Shown: positions 27,931-38,699, counted from the first letter of the stretch. The stretch is 64,000 nt of DNA from Myxococcales bacterium (GCA_037446155.1 JBBIJE010000007.1:1765-65764); one strand, 5' to 3'. Made by a program: numbers and translations. Notes: a model not told the origin generated them from the letters alone.

Positions 27931-29153
27931 ATGGTAACCAACCCCGTGGCCAGATCGCGCCTCTCGAGCTCGTCGAGAAGCGTCCCGATCAGCATCGCGC
28001 CGGTCGCTCCCAAAGGATGCCCGAGGGCTATGGCACCTCCGTTTACGTTTACCCGCTCCGGGTCGATCCCCAGGTCACGAATGACCTTGAGCGGTACCGC
28101 GGCGAACGCCTCGTTGATCTCCACTAGGTCGATGTCCGCGATGGACATCCCAGCCCGTTTGAGGCAGCGCTCCGTAGCGGGGCCGGGCGCAGTCAGCATT
28201 ATCACCGGCTCCGCTCCACAAGTGGCCATGGCGCGTACGCGGGCCCGAGGCTTTAGCCCGTGCTCGCGCGCATACCTCGGGCTCGCCACCAGCACCGCCG
28301 CCGCGCCATCGACAATGCCGCTCGAGTTTCCCGCCGTATGCAGATGCTCGATCTTGCCCGCCCGGGGATAGGTATCTAACGCCTTCTGATCGAAGCTTCG
28401 GGTGTCGTTCTTTTGCACGTACGACCCCAACTGCACGAAGGAAGGCTCCAGTTTCGCTAGCCCCTCCAGCGTCGTCTCCGGCCGGGGATGCTCGTCCTTA
28501 TCGAGCACGACCCTGCCTTCTTGGTTCGTGACAGGCACCAGGCTGCGGCGAAAGCGCCCTTCCTCCACGGCTCGCTTGCATTTCATCTGACTCTGCCACG
28601 CAAAGCGGTCGAGATCCTCGCGCGTGAACCCCTCGAGAGTGGCGATGAGATCCGCAGAAATCCCCTGGGGCACCAAGGGGTACATCTCTCTCAGATGGCG
28701 GTTGTGACCGTCTAGGCCGGCCCCATCCGAGCCCATTGGCTGCCGCGACATGCTCTCCACCCCGCCCCCCACGACAAGATCCTGCTGGCCCGACATCACC
28801 CCCATGAAGGCGAAGTTCACCGCTTGCTGCCCCGAGCCGCAGAAACGGTTCAGGGCGACTCCGGTCACCTCGGTCGGCCAGCCAGCGGCCAGCACCGCCA
28901 TGCGGGTGATGCATCCGCCTTGATCCCCAGCCTGCGTCACGCATCCGGCTACCACGTCCTCCACATCGGAAACCTCGAAACCGACCCGATCGACGAGGGC
29001 CTTCAATACCTGCGCGAGAAGTTCCTGCGGATGGATCTCCGCCAAAGCTCCCCTGTCCCTTCTTCCCCGGCCACGCGGCGTGCGAACAGCATCCACGATC
29101 CATGCCTCTCCCATAGAAACGCTCCCTTCCGGCAAGAAAATGCGCCTGCCCAA
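27882..29153 (-). CDS. Acetyl-CoA C-acetyltransferase (thiolase II)
   Basis: Thiolase signatures: active-site Cys region ([11 protein letters not shown]) and C-terminal [18 protein letters not shown]...CIGGGMG. Confidence 0.9.
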   Translation of the reverse strand: MGRRIFLPEGSVSMGEAWIVDAVRTPRGRGRRDRGALAEIHPQELLAQVLKALVDRVGFEVSDVEDVVAGCVTQAGDQGGCITRMAVLAAGWPTEVTGVALNRFCGSGQQAVNFAFMGVMSGQQDLVVGGGVESMSRQPMGSDGAGLDGHNRHLREMYPLVPQGISADLIATLEGFTREDLDRFAWQSQMKCKRAVEEGRFRRSLVPVTNQEGRVVLDKDEHPRPETTLEGLAKLEPSFVQLGSYVQKNDTRSFDQKALDTYPRAGKIEHLHTAGNSSGIVDGAAAVLVASPRYAREHGLKPRARVRAMATCGAEPVIMLTAPGPATERCLKRAGMSIADIDLVEINEAFAAVPLKVIRDLGIDPERVNVNGGAIALGHPLGATGAMLIGTLLDELERRDLATGLVTMCIGGGMGISTIIERV

Positions 29154-29233
29154 TTACTGGCGACTACTCGTAAACTAAACCCTGGCTTACCCACTATTGC
29201 AAGGAGCCTCCACTCGCCATTGCGGCGACGGCT

Positions 29234-32182
29234 TCAGAAGACCGTGCCTATAGAGAAGTGCAACTGCCCGATCGATTCCCCGCCCCGGCGGTCCAACTTG
29301 AATCCGTAATCGAGACTCAAAGGCCCTATCGGCGTCATAAAGCGCAAGCCCGCCCCGGCGGCACGGCGAAAATCACCCAAACTCACCGACCTCCTTGCGA
29401 GGTACAGACCACCGGCATCCAAGAAGACGGCCCCATGGAGAGCTCCCAGTAGAGGAAACCGCAGCTCGCTGTTCAAGTTGATCAAGAGATCTCCCCCCTG
29501 CGGGCTTCCCAATTCCCCGTGCGGGCCGATCTCGTTTTCGCTGAAACCACGCACCGACGTTCGCCCGCCCAGAAAGAACCGCTCCCGAATCGGCACCTCA
29601 CCACCCGCCCCGAGCAATCTCGCGTAACCGAAACGCGCCGAATACATTCCCACCACTCCTCCTCCCAAGGAAAGGTAATGCGCGTGCTGGGCGTTGAGCT
29701 TCACGAAGTGAATGTCGGAACCCATCGCCGGGGCTCCATACCTCACCCTTACGCTCTCGAAGAGCCCCCTGGTGGGCACGAAGACGTCATCGCGCGTATC
29801 CAAAACCGTGAGCGGATTGAACGTCACCTCCCTCAGCCGGCCTTCGTCTCTGGCACTCAACCGGGCGTCCGGGGACACGTCGAACACCTGTCCATCCTCG
29901 AACTCGAGCTGCCAGGTGGTAGTGATTGCCGACCCCCACCTCCGCTCCGCGCCCGCCAAAACGGTGACCCGCTCGACGCTGAATTCGTCCACGTCCCGCT
30001 CGCTTCGAACCGGGATCACGTTGCCAAGGAGAGTAAACCTGGAATCCAGAGCCCTGGGGATTCTCACACCCGCGTTGCCCAGGTACTCGTTCGGAACGAA
30101 GCTAGCCGCGTCGAACCCCAAGTCCCCACGAAGCGAGACCCGCCGCCCGCTGCCCCGAAAGTTCCCGTGCGAAAGCTCCGCAAAGCTGCGAAGCCCGTCT
30201 CGCGTGTTGTACCCCGCACCATATTCGAGATTGCCCGCAGGTCTTTCTCTGACCGTCACCAAGATGTCTCGCGCCAACGGGTCGGAGGTCACGGAGTCCC
30301 GTAGCACTTCGAGCGTCGCGCTACGAAACAATCCCAGACGATAGATGTTCTCCTCCTCCTCTCCCAACTTCTTCCTGTCGAGCGCTTCTCCGGCTTCGAA
30401 CTCGATCTCGCGTCGCACGACCTCGTCCCTAGTGAAACTGTTACCTGCGATGGTAATCGCCCCGACGTGGAAAACCGGCCCGGCTTCGACGCGGGCTCGC
30501 AACCTCATCGGCCGCCTGTCGCCGGCAAGTTCCCCAGGCTCCGCGATTACCTTCACGCGAGCCTGCTCGTGCCCCATTTGGCGAAGTTGCCCCAAAATGA
30601 AGCGCCTTAGCGTCTTGCTGACCTCGTCGCTGTAGGGAAGCCCTACCGCTACCTCCTTGGGTAGCCTCAGGGCCTCTTCTTCGATCTCCCCTGCGATCTC
30701 GATCGCGCTTACGAAATAAAGGGGGCCCTCCTCGATCTCGACGACGATATCTACGCTCTTGCCGTCGGCAGCGAAACTCAGGCTGGGCTGGAGGCGGGCT
30801 TCGAGAAATCCGCGCGCGCGGTAAACGCCAGCCAAACGCTCGATTGCGGCATCTACCTCACCCTGGGAAAACACTGGCTTTCTGAGACCGAACAAACGTG
30901 GGCCCCCCAAGCTCAGCGACCGCCGCAGCACGTTCGTCGGGAGCCGAACGTTCCCCTCGAATTTCACTTCCCCGATCGTTACTCGCGTCCCCTCCTCCAC
31001 CCGGATGACAACGCAGCGCTTCTTGCCGCGCGTAAGCTTCGCCTCCACTTTGGCACTGGCGAACCCCTCCTCCCGATAGGCGGTTTCGATCCTGCGTGCG
31101 AGCTCTCGCCAGGTTCCAGCCGTAATGACCGGTCTGCGGTAGACATTGATCAGCTCCAGAAGCTCCCGGTCGCCCATGGCTTTATTGCCCTCGATCTGCA
31201 GACACCACGGTTTTCCAGCAGCGATCGTGAAGGAGAGCGTTCCCCTGGTCCCGACCAGGGGTTCGAAATGCTCTTCCACCTCCGCGTCGAAATACCCCCG
31301 GCGGCGATAGAAGTCCAAGAGCTTCTCGCGGCCGGTCCTCACGTCCTTCTGTCTCAGCCTGGCCCGCTCTCGAATGGGGAGGAGACGGCGCAGGCGCGTT
31401 GCGGAAAAAACCGGGTCACCTGAAAACTTCACTTCCTCGACGATCAGCGGGGCGTTCTCGACGATGGAAAGCAATAGCTCCGATCTCGCTCCGTCGCCGT
31501 GCAGCACCTGGGCTTCAACTCTTGCGTCCTCGAACCCTTCTTCCTTGTAGAGCCGTCTGATTCGCTTCACTGCGTAAGCAACTCGCTCCTCGGTCAGAAG
31601 CTCTCCCGGCTGGATCCTGGCCTCCCTGCGAATTTTCCGGGACGGGATGGCTCTGTTGCCAGACGTCTTTATTCGGCTAAGTCTGGGTATCGGCTCCAAG
31701 CTGAAAGTTACCTCGGCACCCGCAGCGGTGATGCGGTAAGAGCCATCGACCCGACTGAAGATAGCCTTGCGCCTCAAGAGAACGAGGCTCTTTTCCAGGA
31801 GACTCTCCTCGAACACCTCGCCTTCCTTGAGGACGATGGACGCCCGCAGGCCACCTAGGTCATGCTCCACACCCGCAAAAATTATCTTCGCGACTCGGAT
31901 CGGCTGCGCGTCGAGCCTATCCTCGGCTCGAGCCGGCGAGCCGAAACTCCCGAGCAGAAGGCAGACCAGGATCGCGACCAATCCGAGCTGGCGCCCTATC
32001 GCCGCCGGCGCGAGGTGGGGTGCCCGCCGCACGCAGTTGTGCCCGAGGTCGCCAGGCGCCATTACCGCACCGGCATGCGGCTTCAGCGGTTTCCCCCGAG
32101 GCGGGGAAAGTCCATGAACCGATGGCGAAATTTTAGGCCTCCGCCGAACGCACCCGCACGGGTCTTGGTCTCGCTCTGCCAA
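29234..32182 (-). CDS. bamA: Omp85-family outer membrane protein assembly factor (BamA/TamA-like) with an extended POTRA array
   Basis: Signal peptide LGLVAILVCLLLGSFGSPARA; the likely start is MAPGD, ~40 codons inside the ORF. About 600 aa of repeated POTRA-like units (roughly 75 aa each, so 6-7 units), then a 16-strand bacterial surface antigen barrel ending ...HFSIGTVF. Confidence 0.85.
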   Translation of the reverse strand: MAERDQDPCGCVRRRPKISPSVHGLSPPRGKPLKPHAGAVMAPGDLGHNCVRRAPHLAPAAIGRQLGLVAILVCLLLGSFGSPARAEDRLDAQPIRVAKIIFAGVEHDLGGLRASIVLKEGEVFEESLLEKSLVLLRRKAIFSRVDGSYRITAAGAEVTFSLEPIPRLSRIKTSGNRAIPSRKIRREARIQPGELLTEERVAYAVKRIRRLYKEEGFEDARVEAQVLHGDGARSELLLSIVENAPLIVEEVKFSGDPVFSATRLRRLLPIRERARLRQKDVRTGREKLLDFYRRRGYFDAEVEEHFEPLVGTRGTLSFTIAAGKPWCLQIEGNKAMGDRELLELINVYRRPVITAGTWRELARRIETAYREEGFASAKVEAKLTRGKKRCVVIRVEEGTRVTIGEVKFEGNVRLPTNVLRRSLSLGGPRLFGLRKPVFSQGEVDAAIERLAGVYRARGFLEARLQPSLSFAADGKSVDIVVEIEEGPLYFVSAIEIAGEIEEEALRLPKEVAVGLPYSDEVSKTLRRFILGQLRQMGHEQARVKVIAEPGELAGDRRPMRLRARVEAGPVFHVGAITIAGNSFTRDEVVRREIEFEAGEALDRKKLGEEEENIYRLGLFRSATLEVLRDSVTSDPLARDILVTVRERPAGNLEYGAGYNTRDGLRSFAELSHGNFRGSGRRVSLRGDLGFDAASFVPNEYLGNAGVRIPRALDSRFTLLGNVIPVRSERDVDEFSVERVTVLAGAERRWGSAITTTWQLEFEDGQVFDVSPDARLSARDEGRLREVTFNPLTVLDTRDDVFVPTRGLFESVRVRYGAPAMGSDIHFVKLNAQHAHYLSLGGGVVGMYSARFGYARLLGAGGEVPIRERFFLGGRTSVRGFSENEIGPHGELGSPQGGDLLINLNSELRFPLLGALHGAVFLDAGGLYLARRSVSLGDFRRAAGAGLRFMTPIGPLSLDYGFKLDRRGGESIGQLHFSIGTVF

Positions 32183-35100
32183 GAGCCTTGAAGGAGCAAA
32201 TCCGGGGTCAAGCGATACTCGAGGCCGAATTCCCTCGACCTTTCGCTTCCCAGGGTCGTCGACATCTTGGCGGCAAGGTCGGCGCTCAGGCTTTTGGTCG
32301 CCGTCACGCGGGGCTCGAGCCGGCCGGTAGCCGCCGACAAGGTCGGGGCCACGTCGAGGCGGTCAACCGGAAGCGCTCCCACGACCTCCTTTTCGATTCC
32401 CTTGCCCACCGGGGCGAGCGCGAAGAGCTGAGATACCGGTATCGAGGCGTTTCCCTTGCCCAAGCCTGAAGAAGTGTCACCCAAGGCGAGCAGTCTTACA
32501 ATCTCGTTTTGAGAGAGCGAGGGGTCGTCCGCGCCAAATTTGACACTGTTCTCTTGCGCGGTGCCGCTCACATGAACCCAGACGTGCTGCTCCTCTTCAC
32601 CGCTCATGACCTCGGTCTCGGCAAAGAGATCGAGGCGGGGGTCTATCTTCTCCATGTCGTTCAGGATCACGACAGCGCTCGAAACGCTGAGGGTCCGGCT
32701 CGTAAGGTAGACCTCACCATCGATCGCCTCCAGCTTGCCCACGACAATGGGCCTCTCGCTCGTGCCCAAGATTCGGAGATCCGCCGCAAGCTCGACGCTC
32801 GCCACGTTGTTGTCGACGTAGACCCCATCCTCGGCGACCACGTGAAGATCGAGTCCCACCCCGCTTTTCTCTTCGAGTTCGCGGGTGGCAGTTTCGGCGG
32901 GTGGCCTGGAAATCAAGTCTTTAAGCTCCACGTTACGGTCGTAGAGGGCCTCGAGGACCTCGATTTCTCCCGACACCACGACATCTCCCCCCTCCTGCGG
33001 GCAATACACCTTTCCTCTACCGCTCACCCGCGACTCCAGCCAGGACGGAAAACCTGGCGCGACCCGCTTTGCGGCCCAATCCAACCGTGGGCAACCTTGC
33101 AGATTCAGCGTTCCACCCAAAGCCAAGCTGCCCCCGCCCACCCGCGCCGTTAGGCCGCCCAGCTCCACGATGGTGTCCTTTAGAGTGGCTTTCCCCTCGA
33201 TGCGCGAGAAGGAGACCGGAAGCCCGAAATCGAGCGCACCTCGGCTCACCGCCACTTCTCCCTGGAGATGCCAAAGACCTGCCGCATCCCTTCCTCCAAC
33301 AGCATCTATTACCATCTGGCCGCTACTCGACACCACCTCCGGCAGCACCTCGAGCAATGCAAGATCTAGGCTGCCGTGGGACCGCAAGTCCAAAGCCCCG
33401 CTCGCCAGATCCGCTCTGCCCTCGACACCGAGGCTCCCTCCCTTGCTCACCAGCTCCGCGCCACGCAAAGTGAGCTGCCCTCCCCGCAGATCCGCGTCGA
33501 GATCGGATACTTCGATCTCGACCTCGAGACCGCGCGCCATGGTGACCTTGTCGAGTGCTATTTCGCCCGCGAGATCCCCAAGCCGCCAACTGCTGCCCCC
33601 CACACGGGCTCGGCCAGTCGCCACAACCCGCACTCCCTTTCGCTCCGAAAACAGAGAAGCAAGGTCGACATCGCGAATCTCGGCTTGGGCTTCCACCTTC
33701 CCCTCAACCGAGCGCGCCTCGAGCTTTACCCGCTCCCCCATGAGCCTCCCCGAAACCGTCCAGCCTCTCCGCGACCCCTCGAAGGAGACCTCCGCTGAGC
33801 CCTGATCCTCCCCCCCAACCTCGATCTTTGGAATCTCGGCCCTCAAAGTGGCAACCGGGGAGCGCGTGGTCCCTCCTATCTTACCGGATACCGCTGCGGT
33901 GCCTCGGAGCGACGGGGTAAAGCTCGACACCACGGGCACAAACTGGATTTCAATACCGCTAGCCGCCATTTCCCCCTCGATGCTGCCGTTCTGCACCCGC
34001 AAAGAGGCTTCTACTCCGACCTCCCCGTCGCCCATGTCTCGAACGACGGCTTCCCAGTCATCTCCTTTCCCCGAAAAACTCGATCTCAACGAGCTCACCG
34101 GCTGACCCCAAAGCTTGCCCCTTGCGATTTGGGCTTCGCCAAGAACTTCCCACGCCGACCATTTTCCTTTGGCCTCCACTCGACCGCTGATTTCCCCTTC
34201 CAGCCCCGCGCCGAGGAACTCCTCGGCTCCCCGCACTCCTCCCAGGGACAGCGCTTCGCCGAGCGGCAGGTCCTCGATCCTCAAAACCAATGCGCTTTGC
34301 CCCTCGCTCTCGAAGCTTGCCTCCCCCTGTACGGAGAACCTGCCGCTTCCGACCAACCCCCAGATGCCAGTGCTCTTCACCCTGTCGCGATGCACTTCGA
34401 AGCCGCCTCCTACCCTCGTGAGCGGGATCCGGCCGAGGCGCAACTCTCTGCCGACGAGCGCCCCCGCAACGCGCGGCTCGTCCAACAGACCCGTCACGCT
34501 TCCCCTTAGCCGGATGTCTCCCGACCAATCGCTTCCAAGAAAACGCGAGGCCGGCGCTATATCAGAAATTACGGACGTCAGCCTGCCACGCAGCGCCTCG
34601 TGCGGGCCGATGCGGAGGTCCGTCCTCAACCACCCCCTTTTTTCACCCGAGGACCGCACAGCCACTCGCCACCGATCGGCTTCTCGCTGCTCGGCCTTCA
34701 ACCGAAACGCGATTCGCTCCCGTTTACCTCCTCGGCTGAAGCGAAAGCCCGTCCTGCCGCTTGCCCGGGTTTGAGCCTCGCCCAAAACCCCTTCGGCCTT
34801 GGCCCGGCCGAACGACTCGACGAAGAAGCCCGCACCGGTTAACCTGTCCGCCGCTACCGCTATCCCCTGCCACGCAGCGCGCACCTGCCATCTGTGGGGT
34901 TCGCCCAGGGTGAGGCGCCCGGCGGCTTTGGCGCTGCCCGCACCGACTTGCAAGCTCGGAAACTTGAGGAAAAGCGCCTTGCGGCTCCCCTCGATCGAAC
35001 CTCGGAGGGTCCCGATGCCGTAGCCCCCCGAGCTGATCCCGCTGATAAGCGTAACTCCAGCAAACCTGGGCTCGCCAAAATTTCCCCTTACGGTACCCTC

Positions 35101-35961
35101 GACCATGACCGCACCGAACCCGACGGTGTTCGGAAGCACATTTCTTAGCCAACGAGCCCTCTCGGCATCGGCTCGGCATCGCAGCCAAATGGACAAGTTA
35201 CCGTGAGGCAATTCGATGGTCCCGGCCGCGCGAGCACCAACACCGGTGCCCGAGATTCTCGAGTTCACGATCCGCAAAGCGCTTCGCTCTACCCTCGCGG
35301 CGATCTTCGCGCGCCCCTGTACAGTCCGCCCCTCGAACCCGACCTTTGCCGCATCCACTCTGAGGCGTACATCGCCTGAGCGGCCATCGAACGATGCGCT
35401 TGCCCGCGAAAACTCGACCTGGCGGCTTCCGCCGGCATCGGCCAGACGCCCCTTTAGCGAGGTCACCGAGGCCGCGACGACAATGCCGATCCCTATAGCG
35501 CCGCCGCCCTTCCGCGCCTCGAGCAGCTTTTCCCCCTGGCGCAAATCGAGCTCGACGCCACGAACCAGGACGTCGGCGAAGATGGTGCCTGCCCGCAAGG
35601 ACCTCCATGGGTCGAGGCTGACTTTGGCTCCCTCGACCAGCATCAGGGGTCGCTCGGGCTCGCCCACGCGAAGCAGCCGCAAGTGCAAGCTTAGATCGAG
35701 CGGGTCAAGAACGACGTCTGCTACTGCGGTGGGCGCGACGAAGGCCTCTTCGATTGCATCGCGGATCCTAGCAGCGGCGATGCGTTCGAGCCTGGGCCAT
35801 AGGAGAAAACCCGCGAGCACTACGCAGGCAGCAGCCAAACCGATGGCCGCGCTCCAAGCGGCTACCTTTCTCATCCGTCCCGCCGCTCCCTCGATCGGTG
35901 CCGCATCCTGCGCCCGCAAGCCATGATCCGTCTCCATATGCGAACCCTCTGGCTCGGGCAA
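32083..35961 (-). CDS. tamB: TamB-like translocation and assembly module protein (AsmA-like / DUF490 C-terminus)
   Basis: 1292 aa. N-terminal signal anchor (AAIGLAAACVVLAGFLLW), long beta-rich repetitive body, C-terminal DUF490 region (GKLEAIDGEVYLTSRTLSVSSAVVILND...). Its stop lies ~20 nt upstream of the probable bamA start. Confidence 0.8.
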   Translation of the reverse strand: MPEPEGSHMETDHGLRAQDAAPIEGAAGRMRKVAAWSAAIGLAAACVVLAGFLLWPRLERIAAARIRDAIEEAFVAPTAVADVVLDPLDLSLHLRLLRVGEPERPLMLVEGAKVSLDPWRSLRAGTIFADVLVRGVELDLRQGEKLLEARKGGGAIGIGIVVAASVTSLKGRLADAGGSRQVEFSRASASFDGRSGDVRLRVDAAKVGFEGRTVQGRAKIAARVERSALRIVNSRISGTGVGARAAGTIELPHGNLSIWLRCRADAERARWLRNVLPNTVGFGAVMVEGTVRGNFGEPRFAGVTLISGISSGGYGIGTLRGSIEGSRKALFLKFPSLQVGAGSAKAAGRLTLGEPHRWQVRAAWQGIAVAADRLTGAGFFVESFGRAKAEGVLGEAQTRASGRTGFRFSRGGKRERIAFRLKAEQREADRWRVAVRSSGEKRGWLRTDLRIGPHEALRGRLTSVISDIAPASRFLGSDWSGDIRLRGSVTGLLDEPRVAGALVGRELRLGRIPLTRVGGGFEVHRDRVKSTGIWGLVGSGRFSVQGEASFESEGQSALVLRIEDLPLGEALSLGGVRGAEEFLGAGLEGEISGRVEAKGKWSAWEVLGEAQIARGKLWGQPVSSLRSSFSGKGDDWEAVVRDMGDGEVGVEASLRVQNGSIEGEMAASGIEIQFVPVVSSFTPSLRGTAAVSGKIGGTTRSPVATLRAEIPKIEVGGEDQGSAEVSFEGSRRGWTVSGRLMGERVKLEARSVEGKVEAQAEIRDVDLASLFSERKGVRVVATGRARVGGSSWRLGDLAGEIALDKVTMARGLEVEIEVSDLDADLRGGQLTLRGAELVSKGGSLGVEGRADLASGALDLRSHGSLDLALLEVLPEVVSSSGQMVIDAVGGRDAAGLWHLQGEVAVSRGALDFGLPVSFSRIEGKATLKDTIVELGGLTARVGGGSLALGGTLNLQGCPRLDWAAKRVAPGFPSWLESRVSGRGKVYCPQEGGDVVVSGEIEVLEALYDRNVELKDLISRPPAETATRELEEKSGVGLDLHVVAEDGVYVDNNVASVELAADLRILGTSERPIVVGKLEAIDGEVYLTSRTLSVSSAVVILNDMEKIDPRLDLFAETEVMSGEEEQHVWVHVSGTAQENSVKFGADDPSLSQNEIVRLLALGDTSSGLGKGNASIPVSQLFALAPVGKGIEKEVVGALPVDRLDVAPTLSAATGRLEPRVTATKSLSADLAAKMSTTLGSERSREFGLEYRLTPDLLLQGSWQSETKTRAGAFGGGLKFRHRFMDFPRLGGNR

Positions 35962-36011
35962 CTGGACGTGAGCACAGGGCAGGTGTTTGACAACCGAGAG
36001 AAGCGGGCACT

Positions 36012-36830
36012 ATGAGTTGTTCTATGAGACGCGGGCGCGCAAGCGCACTCTGGGAGATGGGTGGGCTGTCGGCCTCGTCGGGCGGCTTCTCCCGAGGGCT
36101 TATCGCACTAGGCGGGATCGTGCTGGTTGCAGCCGAGAGCGGGCGCCACCTACTGCGCGGCAGGATCGAGTGGCGGCCTCTCTTGGCACAGCTCGAGCAG
36201 GTCGGTGTCAAGTCTCTTTCCGTTGTGAACCTGACCGCCATCTTCGTCGGCATGGTGATGGCTCTTCAACTGGGCACCTTCCTCGCCAAATTCGGCGCGA
36301 AGATATTCGTTAGCCGCATAGTGGGAATCGCGCTTGTGCGCGAGCTAGGACCGGTGCTTGCCGCTCTCATGCTGGCCGGGCGGGTTGGGGCTGGGATCAC
36401 GGCCGAGTTGGGTTCCATGAATGTAACCGAGCAGATCGATGCTCTGCGCGCCCTGGGCGCGAACCCCATCGTCAAGCTCGTCCTCCCCCGAATAATCGCC
36501 CTGGTTATCATGCTTCCCCTCTTGGCGGGGCTCGCTGACGTGATCGGCATCGCCGGCGCGTACGTTATCGCCGTAAACGAGTTGGGCGTAAGCGGTGATT
36601 TCTACGTGAGCTCGATGATCCAGTACATGACCCTCGCAGATGTCTTGAGTGGGATCGGAAAAGCAGTCTTTTTTGCCCTCATCATCGGCTTTATCGCTTG
36701 CTACAATGGTCTCACTGTGACGGGTGGGGCAGATGGTGTGGGACGGGCCACGACCTCGACGGTCGTGGCTTCCTCGATCTCGGTCCTGGTAGCCGACTTC
36801 TTTCTCACCAAGCTTTTCCTCTTGCTCTAG
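36012..36830 (+). CDS. mlaE: Phospholipid ABC transporter permease MlaE
   Basis: YrbE/MlaE family motif RELGPVLAALMLAGRVGAGITAELGSM...QIDALRALG. Confidence 0.85.
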   Translation: MSCSMRRGRASALWEMGGLSASSGGFSRGLIALGGIVLVAAESGRHLLRGRIEWRPLLAQLEQVGVKSLSVVNLTAIFVGMVMALQLGTFLAKFGAKIFVSRIVGIALVRELGPVLAALMLAGRVGAGITAELGSMNVTEQIDALRALGANPIVKLVLPRIIALVIMLPLLAGLADVIGIAGAYVIAVNELGVSGDFYVSSMIQYMTLADVLSGIGKAVFFALIIGFIACYNGLTVTGGADGVGRATTSTVVASSISVLVADFFLTKLFLLL

Positions 36831-36836
36831 AGCACG

Positions 36837-37607
36837 ATGACGAGAGCGGGAAACGAGGCCATTGTGCAATGCCTGGGGATCGAAAAGTCGCTGGGCGGCG
36901 TGCCGGTGCTACGGGGTGTAAATCTGACCATACATCGAGGAGAGACGATGGTGATTCTGGGTGGGAGCGGTTGCGGCAAAACCGTCCTGCTCAAACACCT
37001 AAATGGCCTGTTGAAGCCGGACGCGGGCGAGGTGTTGTTCGACGGAGTGGAGATAGGGGGCTTGGGTGAGGAAGCTCTGACGGGGATCAGACAAAGAATA
37101 GGAATGTTGTTTCAGGGGGCAGCGCTTTTCGATTCTCTTACGGTAGGTGAAAACGTCGCCTTTCCGCTGCGCGAGCGGCGGCGCATGGACGAGCGCGGGA
37201 TTGCGGCCAAAGTAAGGGAGACACTCGAGCTCGTCGGGCTGCCCGGTGCCGAGAATATGATGCCGTCCGAGCTAAGCGGCGGCATGCGAAAACGGGCGGG
37301 CTTGGCGCGCGCTTTGGCCTCGCAGCCCCAGGTAGTGCTTTACGACGAGCCTACCACTGGGCTTGATCCCGTGGTGGGAGCGCGCATCAACACGCTGATA
37401 AAGGGGCTGCAACGTAGGCTCGGCCTCACGTCCGTGGTGGTGACCCACGACCTGCAAAGCGCCTTTTACCTGGCGGATCGCCTGGCCTTCCTGAACAACG
37501 GCGTGATCGAGGAGGTCGGCACGCCGCTAGAGATCAGAGCCTCTGCCAGACCGGCTCTCCGGGAGTTTCTCTCGGCCACCCCTTCTCTCATTGCGCAGCT
37601 TCCATGA
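36837..37607 (+). CDS. mlaF: Phospholipid ABC transporter ATP-binding protein MlaF
   Basis: Walker A GGSGCGKT, signature LSGGMRKRAGLARAL, Walker B VVLYDEPT. Confidence 0.9.
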   Translation: MTRAGNEAIVQCLGIEKSLGGVPVLRGVNLTIHRGETMVILGGSGCGKTVLLKHLNGLLKPDAGEVLFDGVEIGGLGEEALTGIRQRIGMLFQGAALFDSLTVGENVAFPLRERRRMDERGIAAKVRETLELVGLPGAENMMPSELSGGMRKRAGLARALASQPQVVLYDEPTTGLDPVVGARINTLIKGLQRRLGLTSVVVTHDLQSAFYLADRLAFLNNGVIEEVGTPLEIRASARPALREFLSATPSLIAQLP

Positions 37608-37622
37608 AACGTCCTGCCAAGA

Positions 37623-38696
37623 TTGCGAGGCTTTCGGTCACATATGCAAAACACGCGCACCCAGTTGATTAGAGTGGGCCTTGTGGTCGCCGGCAGTCTC
37701 ATGGCCATCGGGACCGTGCTGTTCCTCATCGGCCAGCAGCAGCGCCTTTGGGAGCGCAAGGTCGAATACCGAGTCCGCTTTCTTCGCACCAACGGGCTGC
37801 AGGTAGGTGCACCGGTAGCCCTTACTGGCGTGACGATCGGCTCCGTAAGCAGCATCGACTTTCCCGACAATCCGTCGGCGCAATTCGTGGTCGTGACTCT
37901 TTCGGTTTCACGTCGCGCCGCTGCCAGGATCAAACTCGACGCGACCGCCTCGATCCGAACCCTCGGTCTTTTGGGGGACAAATACATCGAGCTTTCCGCC
38001 GGGAGCCTGGAGTCGCCTTCGCTTGCGCCAGGGGCTTTTCTGCGGGCCGTAGATCCAGTTGATTACGAAGCGGTTCTCGGACAGAGCGGCGACATCGTGA
38101 GCAACATCATCGAGGTCACGAGCATCATGAAAAGCGTTCTTCGCGCGATCGAGCAAGGGGAGGGGTTGCTGGGAGAGATTCTTCGCAATCGCGAGGCCGG
38201 CAGCGAGGCGCTGGCGAACTTCAGCCGAACGATGGAAAATCTGGAGCGCAGCACCCGCGCGCTCGCGGCCATAGCCGAGGAGGTCGAGAAGGGCAAGGGC
38301 GTCCTTGGAAGCTTGCTCAAAGACGATGAGGCGCCAAAGGAGATTTTAGCCCGCCTCGACCGTGCGTCCCGCTCGATAGAGGAGATGGCGAATCGGCTGA
38401 CCCGCGCGCAGGGGTTGATCCCGCAGCTTCTCGAGGACGAAGCCTACGGCCACAGGCTAGCCGGCGACCTAGCGCGCGCCCTCGAAAACTTGGCTGACGT
38501 GGCTGAAAAGATCAACCGGGGTGAGGGAACGGCGGGTCAGCTCGTGAACGATCCCACCCTCTATCGGGACGCTCGCAAGCTGGTGTCGGACACCCAAGGG
38601 AGCTGGCTTTTTGGCCTTTATCGCAACCTCCAGCGGCTGTGGCCATTTCGCGCCGACGCGGAGCGTCACGAGGCTTCGTCAACCCTGACCGACTAA
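37623..38696 (+). CDS. mlaD: MCE-domain substrate-binding protein MlaD
   Basis: N-terminal TM anchor plus MCE domain (VRFLRTNGLQVGAPVALTGVTIGSV), followed by an extended coiled/helical C-terminus. Confidence 0.8.
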   Translation: MRGFRSHMQNTRTQLIRVGLVVAGSLMAIGTVLFLIGQQQRLWERKVEYRVRFLRTNGLQVGAPVALTGVTIGSVSSIDFPDNPSAQFVVVTLSVSRRAAARIKLDATASIRTLGLLGDKYIELSAGSLESPSLAPGAFLRAVDPVDYEAVLGQSGDIVSNIIEVTSIMKSVLRAIEQGEGLLGEILRNREAGSEALANFSRTMENLERSTRALAAIAEEVEKGKGVLGSLLKDDEAPKEILARLDRASRSIEEMANRLTRAQGLIPQLLEDEAYGHRLAGDLARALENLADVAEKINRGEGTAGQLVNDPTLYRDARKLVSDTQGSWLFGLYRNLQRLWPFRADAERHEASSTLTD

Positions 38697-38699
38697 AGC

